In this document: piece after piece, positions 8,290 to 17,479 of the stretch
Numbering within the stretch: the first letter of the stretch is position 1
How the letters are laid out: every line of letters begins with the position of its first letter
Translations under genes and position numbers: made by a program
The notes under the pieces: model-generated
The model's input: the letters and a program-made list of their open reading frames with translations, nothing else
Database searches by the model: none
Told to the model about the DNA's origin: nothing
Source: Eubacteriales bacterium
Lineage (GTDB): Bacteria; Bacillota; Clostridia; Oscillospirales; CAG-272
DNA: 64,000 nucleotides
Direction of reading: 5' to 3'
NCBI GenBank assembly: GCA_045652135.1
Contig: JAZRTS010000031.1
Location: 3,246-67,245, forward strand

Positions 8290-8560
8290 CGGAATTCCTG
8301 CATGCAATCGGGATTTGTTCGTTTGTCCGAGGGGCGGCACGTTTCGCCGAATGGCGAAACCGACGGTGCGTAATTATAAACGGCCTTTGAAAAGCTATGC
8401 ACGCACCGTTGAATTCACGCAGAGCGTGAATTGTGCCGCCCTGTAACGAATCCCCATTTTGTTCATTCAATTCGGGGTGGCATTGTAGGGGCGTGTAGTT
8501 CGCTGTACAGCGAACTACTTTGGACGCCCGTTTAAACCCATTTCCGTTCATTTGATACGA
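8290..8560. repeat. Mosaic intergenic repeat, copy B (largest): three box copies alternating with four or more different GC-rich hairpins.
   Basis: Hairpins: gtagttcgct/agcgaactac (8495-8518) nested in gggcg/cgccc, gaattcacgc/gcgtgaattc (8411-8431), ggtttcgcc/ggcgaaacc, and cggtgcgt/acgcaccg. Box copies (reverse complement of ccctacaatgccaccccgaattgaatgaacaaaatgggg) lie at 8445-8487 and 8534-8553, with a degenerate copy at about 8310-8325. Confidence 0.75.
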
Positions 8561-8624
8561 AAGCCGTTTAAAAATATTTAATAAAACATTCCATTTAATT
8601 CACAAATAACGTACTGTTAATACA

Positions 8625-8653
8625 TTGAACACTGTGTTGTTGTATTATATAAT
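8625..8653 (+). promoter_or_regulatory. Sigma-A promoter of the MarR-ABC operon.
   Basis: TTGAAC (8625-8630), a 17-nt spacer, TATAAT (8648-8653). An 8-bp inverted repeat ttgttgta/tacaacaa (8637-8644 and 8663-8670) brackets the -10 box. Confidence 0.65.
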
Positions 8654-8689
8654 AGTTAGAAGTACAACAAGAATAAGGGGGGTTTTTAT

Positions 8690-9145
8690 TTGTGTAAACG
8701 TCACATCGGAAAGGAACTGGGAAACCTTACGAACAGAATAAGAAGATATATAGATAACGAAACCGCAAAGTACGGAATGACGCATACTCAGACAATGATA
8801 ATCAGATTTCTGAAAAACAACTCAGACAGGGCGATATTCCAGCGTGACATTGAAAAAGAGTTCGACATCCGCCGTTCCTCTGTTACAAGCGTTTTACAGC
8901 TTATGGAGAAGAACGGATTTATCACAAGAACAGCGAGCGACAGTGATGCAAGGCTGAAGCAGATACACTTAACAGATGAAGGACGCGCAGCAGCCGAAAA
9001 AACAAGAAACGCTTTGCATAAAATGGATATTAAGCTTTCCTCTTGCATAACAGAAGAAGAAAAGGAACTGCTTTTTGACGTTATAGTCAGACTTGAGTCA
9101 GGTATAACCGAGCTTGAAAACGAAAAAACGGAGGAGAAAGAATGA
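8690..9145 (+). CDS. MarR-family transcriptional regulator.
   Basis: 151 aa. Winged-helix pattern (TMIIRFLKNN..IFQRDIEKEFDIRRSSVTSVLQLMEKNGFITR..DARLKQIHLT). TTG start after AAGGGGGG. Its stop overlaps the ABC gene start (ATGA). Confidence 0.85.
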   Translation: MCKRHIGKELGNLTNRIRRYIDNETAKYGMTHTQTMIIRFLKNNSDRAIFQRDIEKEFDIRRSSVTSVLQLMEKNGFITRTASDSDARLKQIHLTDEGRAAAEKTRNALHKMDIKLSSCITEEEKELLFDVIVRLESGITELENEKTEEKE

Positions 9146-10893
9146 TAAAAAAGCTTGCAAGACTTGCCCGATACATCGGGGAATTCAAAAAATCAACAAT
9201 CATCACGCCGCTTCTTATGGTCGGTGAGGTTGCCCTTGAAATAACGATACCGTATCTCATGGCATCCATAATCGACGACGGTGTGGAAAAAAGCGACATA
9301 AGACACATTGTGCTTACGGGTATACTGATGATCGTCATGGCGCTTTTCTCGCTTTTATTCGGTGCGGCGGCGGCGCTCACGTCATCAAAGGCATCTGCCG
9401 GCTTTGCGAAAAATCTGCGTTTTGCGATTTTCTCAAAGGTACAGAACTTCTCCTTCGCAAACACGGATAAATTCGCAACATCCGGTCTTGTCACACGAAT
9501 GACGACCGACGTCAACAACGTACAGATGGCATTCCAGATGCTCATAAGAATTTGCGTGCGTGCGCCCTTGATGCTGATAATGGCTCTCTTTATGGCATTC
9601 CGCATAAACAGCCGTCTTTCGCTGATGTACATCGGCGCCATACTCTTTTTAGGTCCCGTACTTATTATCATTGCGAAAAAAGCATTCCCGAGATTTGACT
9701 ACGTTTTCCACAGATACGACAAGCTCAATGAAAGCGTACAGGAAAACCTCACGGGTGTGCGTGTTGTCAAATCGTTTGTAAGAGAAGAACACGAAACAAA
9801 GAAATTCCACAAGGCCTCCGACTTTATATACAAGGGCTTTGTAAACGCCGAAAAGGTCGTCGTTATGAACGGCCCGTTTATGAATCTGACAATGAACACC
9901 TGTATGATACTCATCTGCTGGATAGGTGCGCACATCATCGTCGGCACAAACGGCACGGAAATGTCCACGGGCGACCTTACGAGCTTCCTTTCCTACACGG
10001 TAAACATTCTTATGAACCTTATGATGATCTCAATGGTATTCGTTATGATGACGATATCAAAATCATCTGCGGAACGTATTATGGAAGTCCTTGACGAGGA
10101 GCTTGACATAACGGATCCCATATCCCCCGTAACAGACGTTAAAAACGGCGAAATAATTTTCGATGACGTTTGCTTTTCATATTCAAAAAACAAAGATAAC
10201 CTCAATCTTGAGCATATAAACCTGAATATTCCGTCAGGTTCTACCGTCGGTGTAATAGGCGGTACGGGAAGCGGTAAAACCACGCTCGTTCAGCTGATTC
10301 CGAGACTTTACGACGTAACCTCGGGAAAGATTTCCGTCGGCGGTGTTGACGTGCGTAATTACAGCATAAAGTCACTTCGCGACTCTGTTTCTATGGTGCT
10401 TCAGAAGAACGTTCTTTTTTCGGGAACTATCAAGGAAAATCTCCGTTGGGGCAATAAAGAGGCGACCGACGAGGAAATGATCGAGGCTTGTAAGTCGGCT
10501 CAGGCACACGATTTTATTATGTCATTCCCCGACGGCTACGATACGCTTATTGACCGAGGCGGAACAAATGTGTCGGGCGGTCAGAAGCAAAGACTTTGTA
10601 TCGCACGTGCGCTTTTGAAAAAGCCACGCGTGCTTATACTTGACGACTCAACGAGCGCTGTTGACACGGCAACAGATGCAAAAATAAGAGACGCTTTTGC
10701 AAAATACATTCCCGACGTCACGAAGATAATAATCGCTCAGCGTATTTCGTCGGTGTCCTCTGCCGATATGATAATCGTGCTTGACGAGGGCAAGATAAAC
10801 GGCATCGGCACACACGAGGAATTGCTTGAAAATAACGCTATTTACCGTGAAGTTTACGAATCTCAGATAAAGGGGGCTGATTTCGATGAATAA
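9142..10893 (+). CDS. ABC exporter, fused permease/ATPase (heterodimer subunit 1).
   Basis: 583 aa. Six-TM N-terminal half, Walker A GGTGSGKTT, signature VSGGQKQR, Walker B ILILDDSTSAVD. Confidence 0.9.
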   Translation: MIKKLARLARYIGEFKKSTIITPLLMVGEVALEITIPYLMASIIDDGVEKSDIRHIVLTGILMIVMALFSLLFGAAAALTSSKASAGFAKNLRFAIFSKVQNFSFANTDKFATSGLVTRMTTDVNNVQMAFQMLIRICVRAPLMLIMALFMAFRINSRLSLMYIGAILFLGPVLIIIAKKAFPRFDYVFHRYDKLNESVQENLTGVRVVKSFVREEHETKKFHKASDFIYKGFVNAEKVVVMNGPFMNLTMNTCMILICWIGAHIIVGTNGTEMSTGDLTSFLSYTVNILMNLMMISMVFVMMTISKSSAERIMEVLDEELDITDPISPVTDVKNGEIIFDDVCFSYSKNKDNLNLEHINLNIPSGSTVGVIGGTGSGKTTLVQLIPRLYDVTSGKISVGGVDVRNYSIKSLRDSVSMVLQKNVLFSGTIKENLRWGNKEATDEEMIEACKSAQAHDFIMSFPDGYDTLIDRGGTNVSGGQKQRLCIARALLKKPRVLILDDSTSAVDTATDAKIRDAFAKYIPDVTKIIIAQRISSVSSADMIIVLDEGKINGIGTHEELLENNAIYREVYESQIKGADFDE

Positions 10894-12808
10894 GATGAAA
10901 AACGGAATGCCTCCCAAGGGTATGCCCGGAAACGGTATGCCGTTCAAAAAACAGAATCCCATCCCGACTCTGATGCGTGTTTTGCGCTTCGTTATCGAGG
11001 ATTATCCCTTTTTGTGCTTTATTGTTTTCATCTGCCTTATCGCAAGTGCGATAACCTCGGCATACGGCACGATGTTCTTCAAGACTCTTATTGCCGATTT
11101 TATTGAGCCTATGCTCAAGACACCCGAAACAGCTCCGTCGTATACCGATCTTGCCTGGGAGCTCGGAAAAGTTGCCCTCGTTTACGCCATCGGCGTTTTA
11201 GCGGTATTCGGTTCAAACAGAATTATGGTAAATATTTGTCAGGGTACGCTTAAAAAGATACGTGACAGACTGTTTGAGCATATGCAGAAGCTTCCCATAA
11301 GATATTTCGACAAAAACTCCCACGGCGATATAATGAGCGTTTACACAAACGACACGGATACGCTCCGTCAGCTCATAAGCCAGAGCATACCGAATATGAT
11401 CTCATCGGTGGCAACGGTCATATCATCTGTTGTGTCAATGCTTATCTTATCTCCGCTTCTGACGCTTATTGCGCTTCTGGTCGTACTCGGCGCTATTACC
11501 GTCACGAGAATACTCGGCGGAAAAAGTGCAATGTTCTTCCGTGCGACACAGAAAAATCTCGGAGCCGTCAACGGCTACATTGAAGAAATGGCTGACGGCC
11601 AGAAGGTCGTAAAGGTGTTCAATTACGAGGACGATTCCATTGAAACCTTCAAGCGTATGAACGATGAGCTGTACAAGACCACGAAAAACGCCAACGGCTT
11701 TGCAAATATCGTAATGCCCATTATGGGTAACCTCGGTTACCTCAACTACGTACTCGTCGCCATCATCGGCGGTGTTATGGCAATAAACGGCTTCGGCGGT
11801 TTTGACGTATCGTCACTCGTTCCGTTCTTGCAGTTTACAAGAACGTTCAATATGCCCATATCGCAGATCTCACAGCAGATAAACTCCATAATTATGGCTA
11901 TGGCAGGCGCGGAGCGTATATTTGCCCTGCTTGATGAGCCCGTTGAGAGTGACGAGGGTTATGTAACACTCGTCAACTGCAAGGAAGAAAACGGTGTTAT
12001 CGTTGAAACAGAGGAGCGTACCGGCAAATGGGCTTGGCGCCATCCGCATCAGGCTGACGGCACGGTAACTTATACACCCTTGCAGGGTGACGTCGTATTT
12101 GACGGAGTCGACTTCGGATATACTGACGACAAAATGGTACTTCACGACATCAAGCTTTACGCGCGTCCCGGTCAGAAGGTCGCATTCGTCGGCGCAACGG
12201 GCGCAGGTAAAACGACGATAACGAATCTTATCAACAGATTTTACGACATCCAGGACGGTAAGATAAGATACGACGGTATCAACATCAACAAGATAAAGAA
12301 GTCTGACCTTCGCCGTTCGCTCGGCGTGGTGCTTCAGGAAACACACCTGTTCACGGGCACGGTTGCCGATAACATCCGTTACGGCAGACTTGATGCAACG
12401 GATGAAGAAATCGTTGCGGCGGCAAAGCTTGTAAATGCCGATTACTTCATCAGCCATCTGCCGCAGGGCTATAACACGATGCTTACGGCAGACGGCGCAA
12501 GCCTTTCCCAGGGACAAAGACAGCTCATTGCCATTGCGCGCGCGGCAGTTGCAGACCCGCCCGTTCTGATACTTGACGAGGCAACGTCAAGCATCGACAC
12601 GAGAACCGAAGCAATAGTTGCCGCAGGTATGGACAGTCTTATGAAGGGCAGAACGGTATTTGTTATCGCTCACAGACTTTCCACCGTTCAGAATTCCGAC
12701 GTTATCATGGTTCTTGACAAGGGCAGAATTATCGAGCGAGGAACGCACGACGACCTTGTGGCGCAAGGCGGAACGTATTATATGCTTTATAGCGGCGGCA
12801 AAAAATAA
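10886..12808 (+). CDS. ABC exporter, fused permease/ATPase (heterodimer subunit 2).
   Basis: 640 aa. Walker A GATGAGKTT, signature LSQGQRQL, Walker B LILDEATSSID. It overlaps the upstream gene by 8 nt. Confidence 0.9.
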   Translation: MNKMKNGMPPKGMPGNGMPFKKQNPIPTLMRVLRFVIEDYPFLCFIVFICLIASAITSAYGTMFFKTLIADFIEPMLKTPETAPSYTDLAWELGKVALVYAIGVLAVFGSNRIMVNICQGTLKKIRDRLFEHMQKLPIRYFDKNSHGDIMSVYTNDTDTLRQLISQSIPNMISSVATVISSVVSMLILSPLLTLIALLVVLGAITVTRILGGKSAMFFRATQKNLGAVNGYIEEMADGQKVVKVFNYEDDSIETFKRMNDELYKTTKNANGFANIVMPIMGNLGYLNYVLVAIIGGVMAINGFGGFDVSSLVPFLQFTRTFNMPISQISQQINSIIMAMAGAERIFALLDEPVESDEGYVTLVNCKEENGVIVETEERTGKWAWRHPHQADGTVTYTPLQGDVVFDGVDFGYTDDKMVLHDIKLYARPGQKVAFVGATGAGKTTITNLINRFYDIQDGKIRYDGININKIKKSDLRRSLGVVLQETHLFTGTVADNIRYGRLDATDEEIVAAAKLVNADYFISHLPQGYNTMLTADGASLSQGQRQLIAIARAAVADPPVLILDEATSSIDTRTEAIVAAGMDSLMKGRTVFVIAHRLSTVQNSDVIMVLDKGRIIERGTHDDLVAQGGTYYMLYSGGKK

Positions 12809-12856
12809 TACTATACACCGACAGGCGCATTAAATACGTCTTTACAAAAAAATAAA

Positions 12857-12890
12857 AGCGGCAGGAAATTTCCTGCCGCTTTGTAGTTTT
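12857..12890. terminator. Bidirectional rho-independent terminator between convergent genes.
   Basis: agcggcagga-aatt-tcctgccgct stem-loop, flanked by an A-run upstream and a T-rich tract downstream. Confidence 0.8.
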
Positions 12891-13546
12891 TATTCTGTAA
12901 TCGCTGCATCTGCTGCCGCTTTTACCGCATCGGGATTTTCAACGCTTATCATCATAACGTAACTGCCCTTTGCATAAACTGTCATAAGGGGGAATATACG
13001 GTCACATTCATCGGGAGAATACACCTTGATATCGGAATCCTTTATCTTCTGTATACGGTCCTCGCAAAGCGTCTTGACAGCGTCAACATCAGCAACATCC
13101 TTCACCTTGAAAACGTCAATTTCAATGGGGGATTTGCCGACGGGCATCAGGAATGCATATTCTTCGATCTTGTTCATTATTTCGGGATAGATAGGCTCAA
13201 AATTCTCGTCGAAATCAATTTCACCGCCGAAGGATGAAACGAAGTTGATAGCGGACAACGGAGAATTCGTGCTGTCGTAAACATTGGCAAGCGTCATATT
13301 TTCGCCCGCTTCTTTAAGAGTGTTGAGCAAAATCGCGGCGGAATTATCGGATGTGGGTACATCGGTGGTGCCGTTCGTTTCGTCTGTAGCTTCCGTATCT
13401 TTTGCGCCGTCCGTATCGGCTGACGTTTCAGCTGATGTAACGGGAGACGTTTCTCCGACTGTCGTATCTGCGCCGTCATTTGTACAAGAAACTGTTGAAA
13501 CGACCGTTAAGGATATCAAAAGTGCCGATAAAATTCTCTTAAACAT
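12890..13546 (-). CDS. Lipoprotein (DUF4358-like) with a Thr/Asp/Glu-rich linker.
   Basis: 218 aa. Signal peptide plus lipobox (LTVVSTVSC). The low-complexity acidic/Thr linker is followed by a globular C-terminal domain. RBS AAGAGG. Confidence 0.6.
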   Translation of the reverse strand: MFKRILSALLISLTVVSTVSCTNDGADTTVGETSPVTSAETSADTDGAKDTEATDETNGTTDVPTSDNSAAILLNTLKEAGENMTLANVYDSTNSPLSAINFVSSFGGEIDFDENFEPIYPEIMNKIEEYAFLMPVGKSPIEIDVFKVKDVADVDAVKTLCEDRIQKIKDSDIKVYSPDECDRIFPLMTVYAKGSYVMMISVENPDAVKAAADAAITE

Positions 13547-13651
13547 AAAATACCTCTTTCTTAATATGAATATTTTCGCATTTGTCTTTTAAAAAATCGA
13601 CTGTTTTACCAAAATTATACCATAACAAAGCGTAAAATCAATGGTAAGAAA

Positions 13652-13698
13652 ATAAAAAAATAATATATTCCCTCTTAATAAATTGGGAATATATTATT
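13652..13698 (-). terminator. Rho-independent terminator after the second marR gene.
   Basis: 14-bp stem aataatatattccc / gggaatatattatt with a T-run on the minus strand (A-run 13652-13660). Confidence 0.7.
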
Positions 13699-13705
13699 TT
13701 ATTCA

Positions 13706-14122
13706 TCATTTTAAGCCGTCTGAAATAGTCTGTAAAACATTACAAAACACCTTTAAGTCATCTTCTGAAACAGCACCAAAAACGCTCTCCTGAAGCTGGT
13801 TTACAGTGTTTTTTGCCAAAGCATCTGCCGTTCTACCCTTTTCCGTGAGCATAACATGAGTTTTCCGCAGATCATAGTCGTCTACCTTGCGTGCAACAAG
13901 ACCGAGCTTTTCCATCTTGCGGAGCATAATACTTACTGTCGGTGCTTTTATATCCGTACGCTCCACAAGGCTTAGCTGAGTGCCGCCGTCCTCCTCCGCA
14001 AGTGCAGACAGCAATCTGCAGTATAGAACCTTGAGTCCCTCTTTTTCAAGCTCTTTTTTAAGCTTTTCCGAATAGCCTTTGCTTAAAGCTGACAATTCGG
14101 AAATGATCTCACTGTATTGCAT
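13706..14122 (-). CDS. MarR-family transcriptional regulator (divergent from the MATE gene).
   Basis: The ATG at 14122 follows GGAGGTG. The GTG at 14128 lies inside the RBS. Winged-helix pattern (LSLVERTDIKAPTVSIMLRKMEKLGLVARK..DLRKTHVMLT). Confidence 0.85.
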   Translation of the reverse strand: MQYSEIISELSALSKGYSEKLKKELEKEGLKVLYCRLLSALAEEDGGTQLSLVERTDIKAPTVSIMLRKMEKLGLVARKVDDYDLRKTHVMLTEKGRTADALAKNTVNQLQESVFGAVSEDDLKVFCNVLQTISDGLK

Positions 14123-14360
14123 TTGCACCTCCGTTTGTTAGTTTTCTTACATTCATTATATTACACAAAAAATATAACTTTGTCAATACCTCACAAGTTT
14201 TTTTTATTTAAAATTCATTTTTTTCACATATTTACTATAAAAAATAGGTGCAAATTTACTTTTACGTTACTTTTTTTATTGTTATTTTTAATTTACATAA
14301 CATAAAAGATACAAAATTAACTGTTATAATTAGCCGATAATGTGAAAAGGGAACAAATTA

Positions 14361-15716
14361 ATGACAGAAAATACCATAAAAGAAAGCGACATATTTCCGA
14401 AAGGATTTATGAAAAAACTGCTCGTGCCGCTTATTATCGAACAATTTCTTACGTTTACCATAGGACTTGCCGACACGATAATGGTCAGCAGTGCGGGTGA
14501 GGCGGCAATATCGGGTGTTTCGCTCGTTGACCAGATAAATATCCTCTTAATACAGATATTTGCCGCGCTTGCAACGGGCGGCGCTGTCATCGTGTCGCAG
14601 TATATCGGGCGAGGGGAAAAAGAACAGGCAAAAAGCTCCGCAAAGCAACTCACACTCATCAGCTTTTATACAGCGTGTATCATAACTGCGGTGTGTCTTT
14701 TACTGTGTCCGCAGATATTGAAAGCGATATTCGGCTCCGTTGAAAACGACGTTATGGCTAACTGCAAAACGTATTTTTATCTTTCTGCCGCTTCATATCC
14801 TTTTTTGGCGCTCTACAATTCAGGTTCAGCTGTATTCAGGTCAATGGGAAAAAGTAAAATCACAATGATAACATCGATCGGAATGAACGCCATCAACGTC
14901 GTCGGCAATGCCGTGTTTATTTTCGGCTTCGGGCTCGGTGTTTTCGGCGCGGCGGCGGCAACCCTCATTTCAAGAGCCATCGGCGGTATCACAATGACAA
15001 CTCTTATGCGCAACAAAAACAATGAAGTGTACCTTGAAGGGCTGAGGAAGCCGACGCTTGATCTGAAGCTCATCAAACAGATACTGTATATCGGTATTCC
15101 CGGCGGTATAGAAAACGGTATGTTTCAGGTCGGAAAGCTGCTTGTTGCGCGCGTCGTTTCAACTCTCGGCACATCTGCCACCGCCGCCAACGCGGCAGCC
15201 AACACGATCGCAATGCTGTCGAACATCCCCGGTTCTGCCGTCGGACTTGCTCTTGTGGCAGTCGTAGGCCGTGCAATGGGGGCAAGACTTCCGAAAACGG
15301 CGGAAAAATACACGAAAAAGCTCGTCGGACTTACCTTTTTACTAATGATAGGTATGAACGTGATCATATTTGCGTTCGTTTCTCCCGTATCGGGGTTGTT
15401 CTCGCTTTCGGATACGGCAGAGGCGGATACTATTCTGATAGTACGTATATTCTGCATAGTTTCATCCGTATTCTGGCCGCTGGCATTCACCGTTCCCAAC
15501 TGTTTGAGGGCTGCGGGTGACGTTAAATTCACGCTTACTGTGTCCATGCTTTCAATGTGGATATGCCGCGTGGCAATGAGTTACTTGTTCTGTTATTCAT
15601 TCGAAATGGGAATTCACGGGGTATGGATCGCTATGTATGTTGACTGGGTAGCAAGAACGGCATTCTTCGTCAGACGTTTTTCGAAAGGAAAATGGAAAGA
15701 TTTAACAATAGTTTGA
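14361..15716 (+). CDS. MATE-family efflux transporter.
   Basis: 451 aa, 12 predicted TM segments. The N-terminus is typical of the family (LLVPLIIEQFLTFTIGLADTIMVS). Confidence 0.85.
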   Translation: MTENTIKESDIFPKGFMKKLLVPLIIEQFLTFTIGLADTIMVSSAGEAAISGVSLVDQINILLIQIFAALATGGAVIVSQYIGRGEKEQAKSSAKQLTLISFYTACIITAVCLLLCPQILKAIFGSVENDVMANCKTYFYLSAASYPFLALYNSGSAVFRSMGKSKITMITSIGMNAINVVGNAVFIFGFGLGVFGAAAATLISRAIGGITMTTLMRNKNNEVYLEGLRKPTLDLKLIKQILYIGIPGGIENGMFQVGKLLVARVVSTLGTSATAANAAANTIAMLSNIPGSAVGLALVAVVGRAMGARLPKTAEKYTKKLVGLTFLLMIGMNVIIFAFVSPVSGLFSLSDTAEADTILIVRIFCIVSSVFWPLAFTVPNCLRAAGDVKFTLTVSMLSMWICRVAMSYLFCYSFEMGIHGVWIAMYVDWVARTAFFVRRFSKGKWKDLTIV

Positions 15717-15848
15717 TATATTAACATTTTTAAATTTTAATTCTCTTTCGATGTGAATTTATTTCACAAAATTGAAATAATTATATTGAAATTCAGTTTG
15801 ATATGTGATATAATTCGTATGTCAAACTGAATTTTTTTGGAGGTAAAT

Positions 15849-16685
15849 ATGCGGGCAGATGGAAAAAGACTGAAACATGCAGACCCTGAGACGATTATAG
15901 GCGCATACGTTATGTCAAAGCGAACAGATGCTATGAATATGATAACGGTAGACATTCCCGTGTCTCCGATAAAAGAATACATAACAGAAAAGCGCGATAA
16001 AAAAATATCGTATATGGCGCTTATAGTATGCGCGTATCTGCGCACCGTTGCGGAATATCCGAAGCTGAACCGCTTCGTGGTAAATAAAAAGTTATACGCA
16101 AGAAATGAATTCTGCGTCGGCATGGTCGTTCTGAAAGCAGGACAGACTACCGAAGGAACAATGTCGAAAATGTATTTTGATTACGAGGATACCATATTTG
16201 ACGTTCAGAAAAAAATAGATAACTTCATAGAGCAAAACAGGCAGGAGGGCGACACGAACACTACTGACGAATTTGCAAGAAAGCTCGTGAGGATACCGGG
16301 ACTTTGCGGAATAGGTGTCAGTCTTTTCAAAACGCTTGACAAATACGGACTTCTGCCAAAGAAAATTATCGATCTCAGTCCGTTTCATATGTCGCTCGGC
16401 ATAACGAATCTTGCTTCAATAAGAACAAATCATATATATCACCATACGTACGAATTCGGCACGACAAGCGTGTTTATGTCTATCGGCAATATGCGTTACG
16501 TCCCGAAAATGTCTGACGACAAAATGATATTTGAAAAAACGATACCTCTCGGTATCGTAATGGACGAAAGAATATGCACCGGCTCGTATTTTGCCATGGC
16601 ATTCAGGCGCATCAGCGAATATCTGAAAAAACCTGAACTGCTTGAGCTTCCGCCCAGAAAAATATTAAAAGACAACGAATTATAA
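15849..16685 (+). CDS. CAT/E2-fold (2-oxoacid dehydrogenase acyltransferase-like) protein, probably non-canonical.
   Basis: ATG at 15849 follows GGAGG. At the position of the family catalytic motif DHRxxDG the sequence reads DERICTG. Confidence 0.45.
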   Translation: MRADGKRLKHADPETIIGAYVMSKRTDAMNMITVDIPVSPIKEYITEKRDKKISYMALIVCAYLRTVAEYPKLNRFVVNKKLYARNEFCVGMVVLKAGQTTEGTMSKMYFDYEDTIFDVQKKIDNFIEQNRQEGDTNTTDEFARKLVRIPGLCGIGVSLFKTLDKYGLLPKKIIDLSPFHMSLGITNLASIRTNHIYHHTYEFGTTSVFMSIGNMRYVPKMSDDKMIFEKTIPLGIVMDERICTGSYFAMAFRRISEYLKKPELLELPPRKILKDNEL

Positions 16686-16704
16686 AGTAAACAGGAGAGT
16701 AATT

Positions 16705-17046
16705 ATGTTTATAATAGGTCTTTGCATTACGGTATTTGCCTTGCCGCTTGCAGTGAGCATGTTCAGAAATCTTTATCTGGTAAGCAAATACCCGTCTGAA
16801 TATTTTCTGATAAACGGTCTTTCCGAGAGCGATGTCGCAGTAATGGCAATCGTATTTACAGTTTTAACAGCTGTCGGTATCGTGCTTATGCTCTTCGGTT
16901 GGATAAAAAGAAGAAACAAGGCGGCACTTGATTCCATTATCAACGCAGAAAAACAAAATTACTGTACCAACTGTAACGTCAACATTACCGCAGAAAGCAC
17001 AAATTGCCCCATATGCGGAAAATCATTAAATAATAAAGGAGAATAA
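16705..17046 (+). CDS. Small 2-TM membrane protein with a C-terminal zinc ribbon.
   Basis: 113 aa. Two hydrophobic helices followed by CTNC..(11)..CPIC. RBS AGGAGAG. Confidence 0.6.
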   Translation: MFIIGLCITVFALPLAVSMFRNLYLVSKYPSEYFLINGLSESDVAVMAIVFTVLTAVGIVLMLFGWIKRRNKAALDSIINAEKQNYCTNCNVNITAESTNCPICGKSLNNKGE

Positions 17047-17048
17047 AA

Positions 17049-17360
17049 ATGGCTCGCACAACACTTACATTAACTTACACTGATATTAACGGACTGCAGG
17101 ACAATCTGGCAGCTTTACTCAAGTCAAAGGGCTATAAAAACATAAACGAAAACAATGAAAACGTATGGAAATGCGGCATAGGCTTCTGGACGGCTATCAA
17201 ATACATTAAGATCGAATTTGCACAAAACAACTCTATCGTCATTTCCGGCTGGATCAGACCTGCCTTCGGAAGTGAGCAAAACCTTGAGGGAATCGTAGGC
17301 GCGCTTCCCAAAAAGCAGGTAATGAACGTTATCAAGCAAATGCAGGCAATCATCAAATAA
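17049..17360 (+). CDS. Hypothetical 103-aa protein.
   Basis: Strong RBS AAGGAGAA, tight coupling to the upstream gene, and a terminator follows. I recognised no family. Confidence 0.55.
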   Translation: MARTTLTLTYTDINGLQDNLAALLKSKGYKNINENNENVWKCGIGFWTAIKYIKIEFAQNNSIVISGWIRPAFGSEQNLEGIVGALPKKQVMNVIKQMQAIIK

Positions 17361-17420
17361 AATCACCGCGTAATCAAAATCATCGCCGTCTGTTTGGCAG
17401 ACGATCTTTGAGAAACAACA

Positions 17421-17461
17421 ATACACACCGACTACGTTCAGTAATCGGTGTGTATTTTTTA
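17421..17461. terminator. Bidirectional terminator. It closes both the plus-strand three-gene operon and the 26.7-kb minus-strand island.
   Basis: 11-bp stem atacacaccga / tcggtgtgtat with a T-run on plus (17455-17461) and a T-rich tract on minus. A smaller hairpin cgtctg/cagacg lies at 17387-17403. Confidence 0.75.
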
Positions 17462-17479
17462 TTGCAAATGCATCAAATT

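Noticed and set aside
8222-8551. 110-codon N-terminal extension of the EIIC-like ORF (ORF track 7142-8551).
   Set aside because: The extension runs through the GC-rich mosaic repeat, translates to an Arg/His/Cys-rich sequence with no RBS, and a good ATG (MAKKTRK) at 8221 starts the conserved membrane domain.
8290-8560. CRISPR array as an explanation for the repeated hairpins (also at 63665-64000).
   Set aside because: The repeats are not identical direct repeats with regular spacing. Units differ in length and orientation, the hairpin sequences vary, and no cas genes are present.
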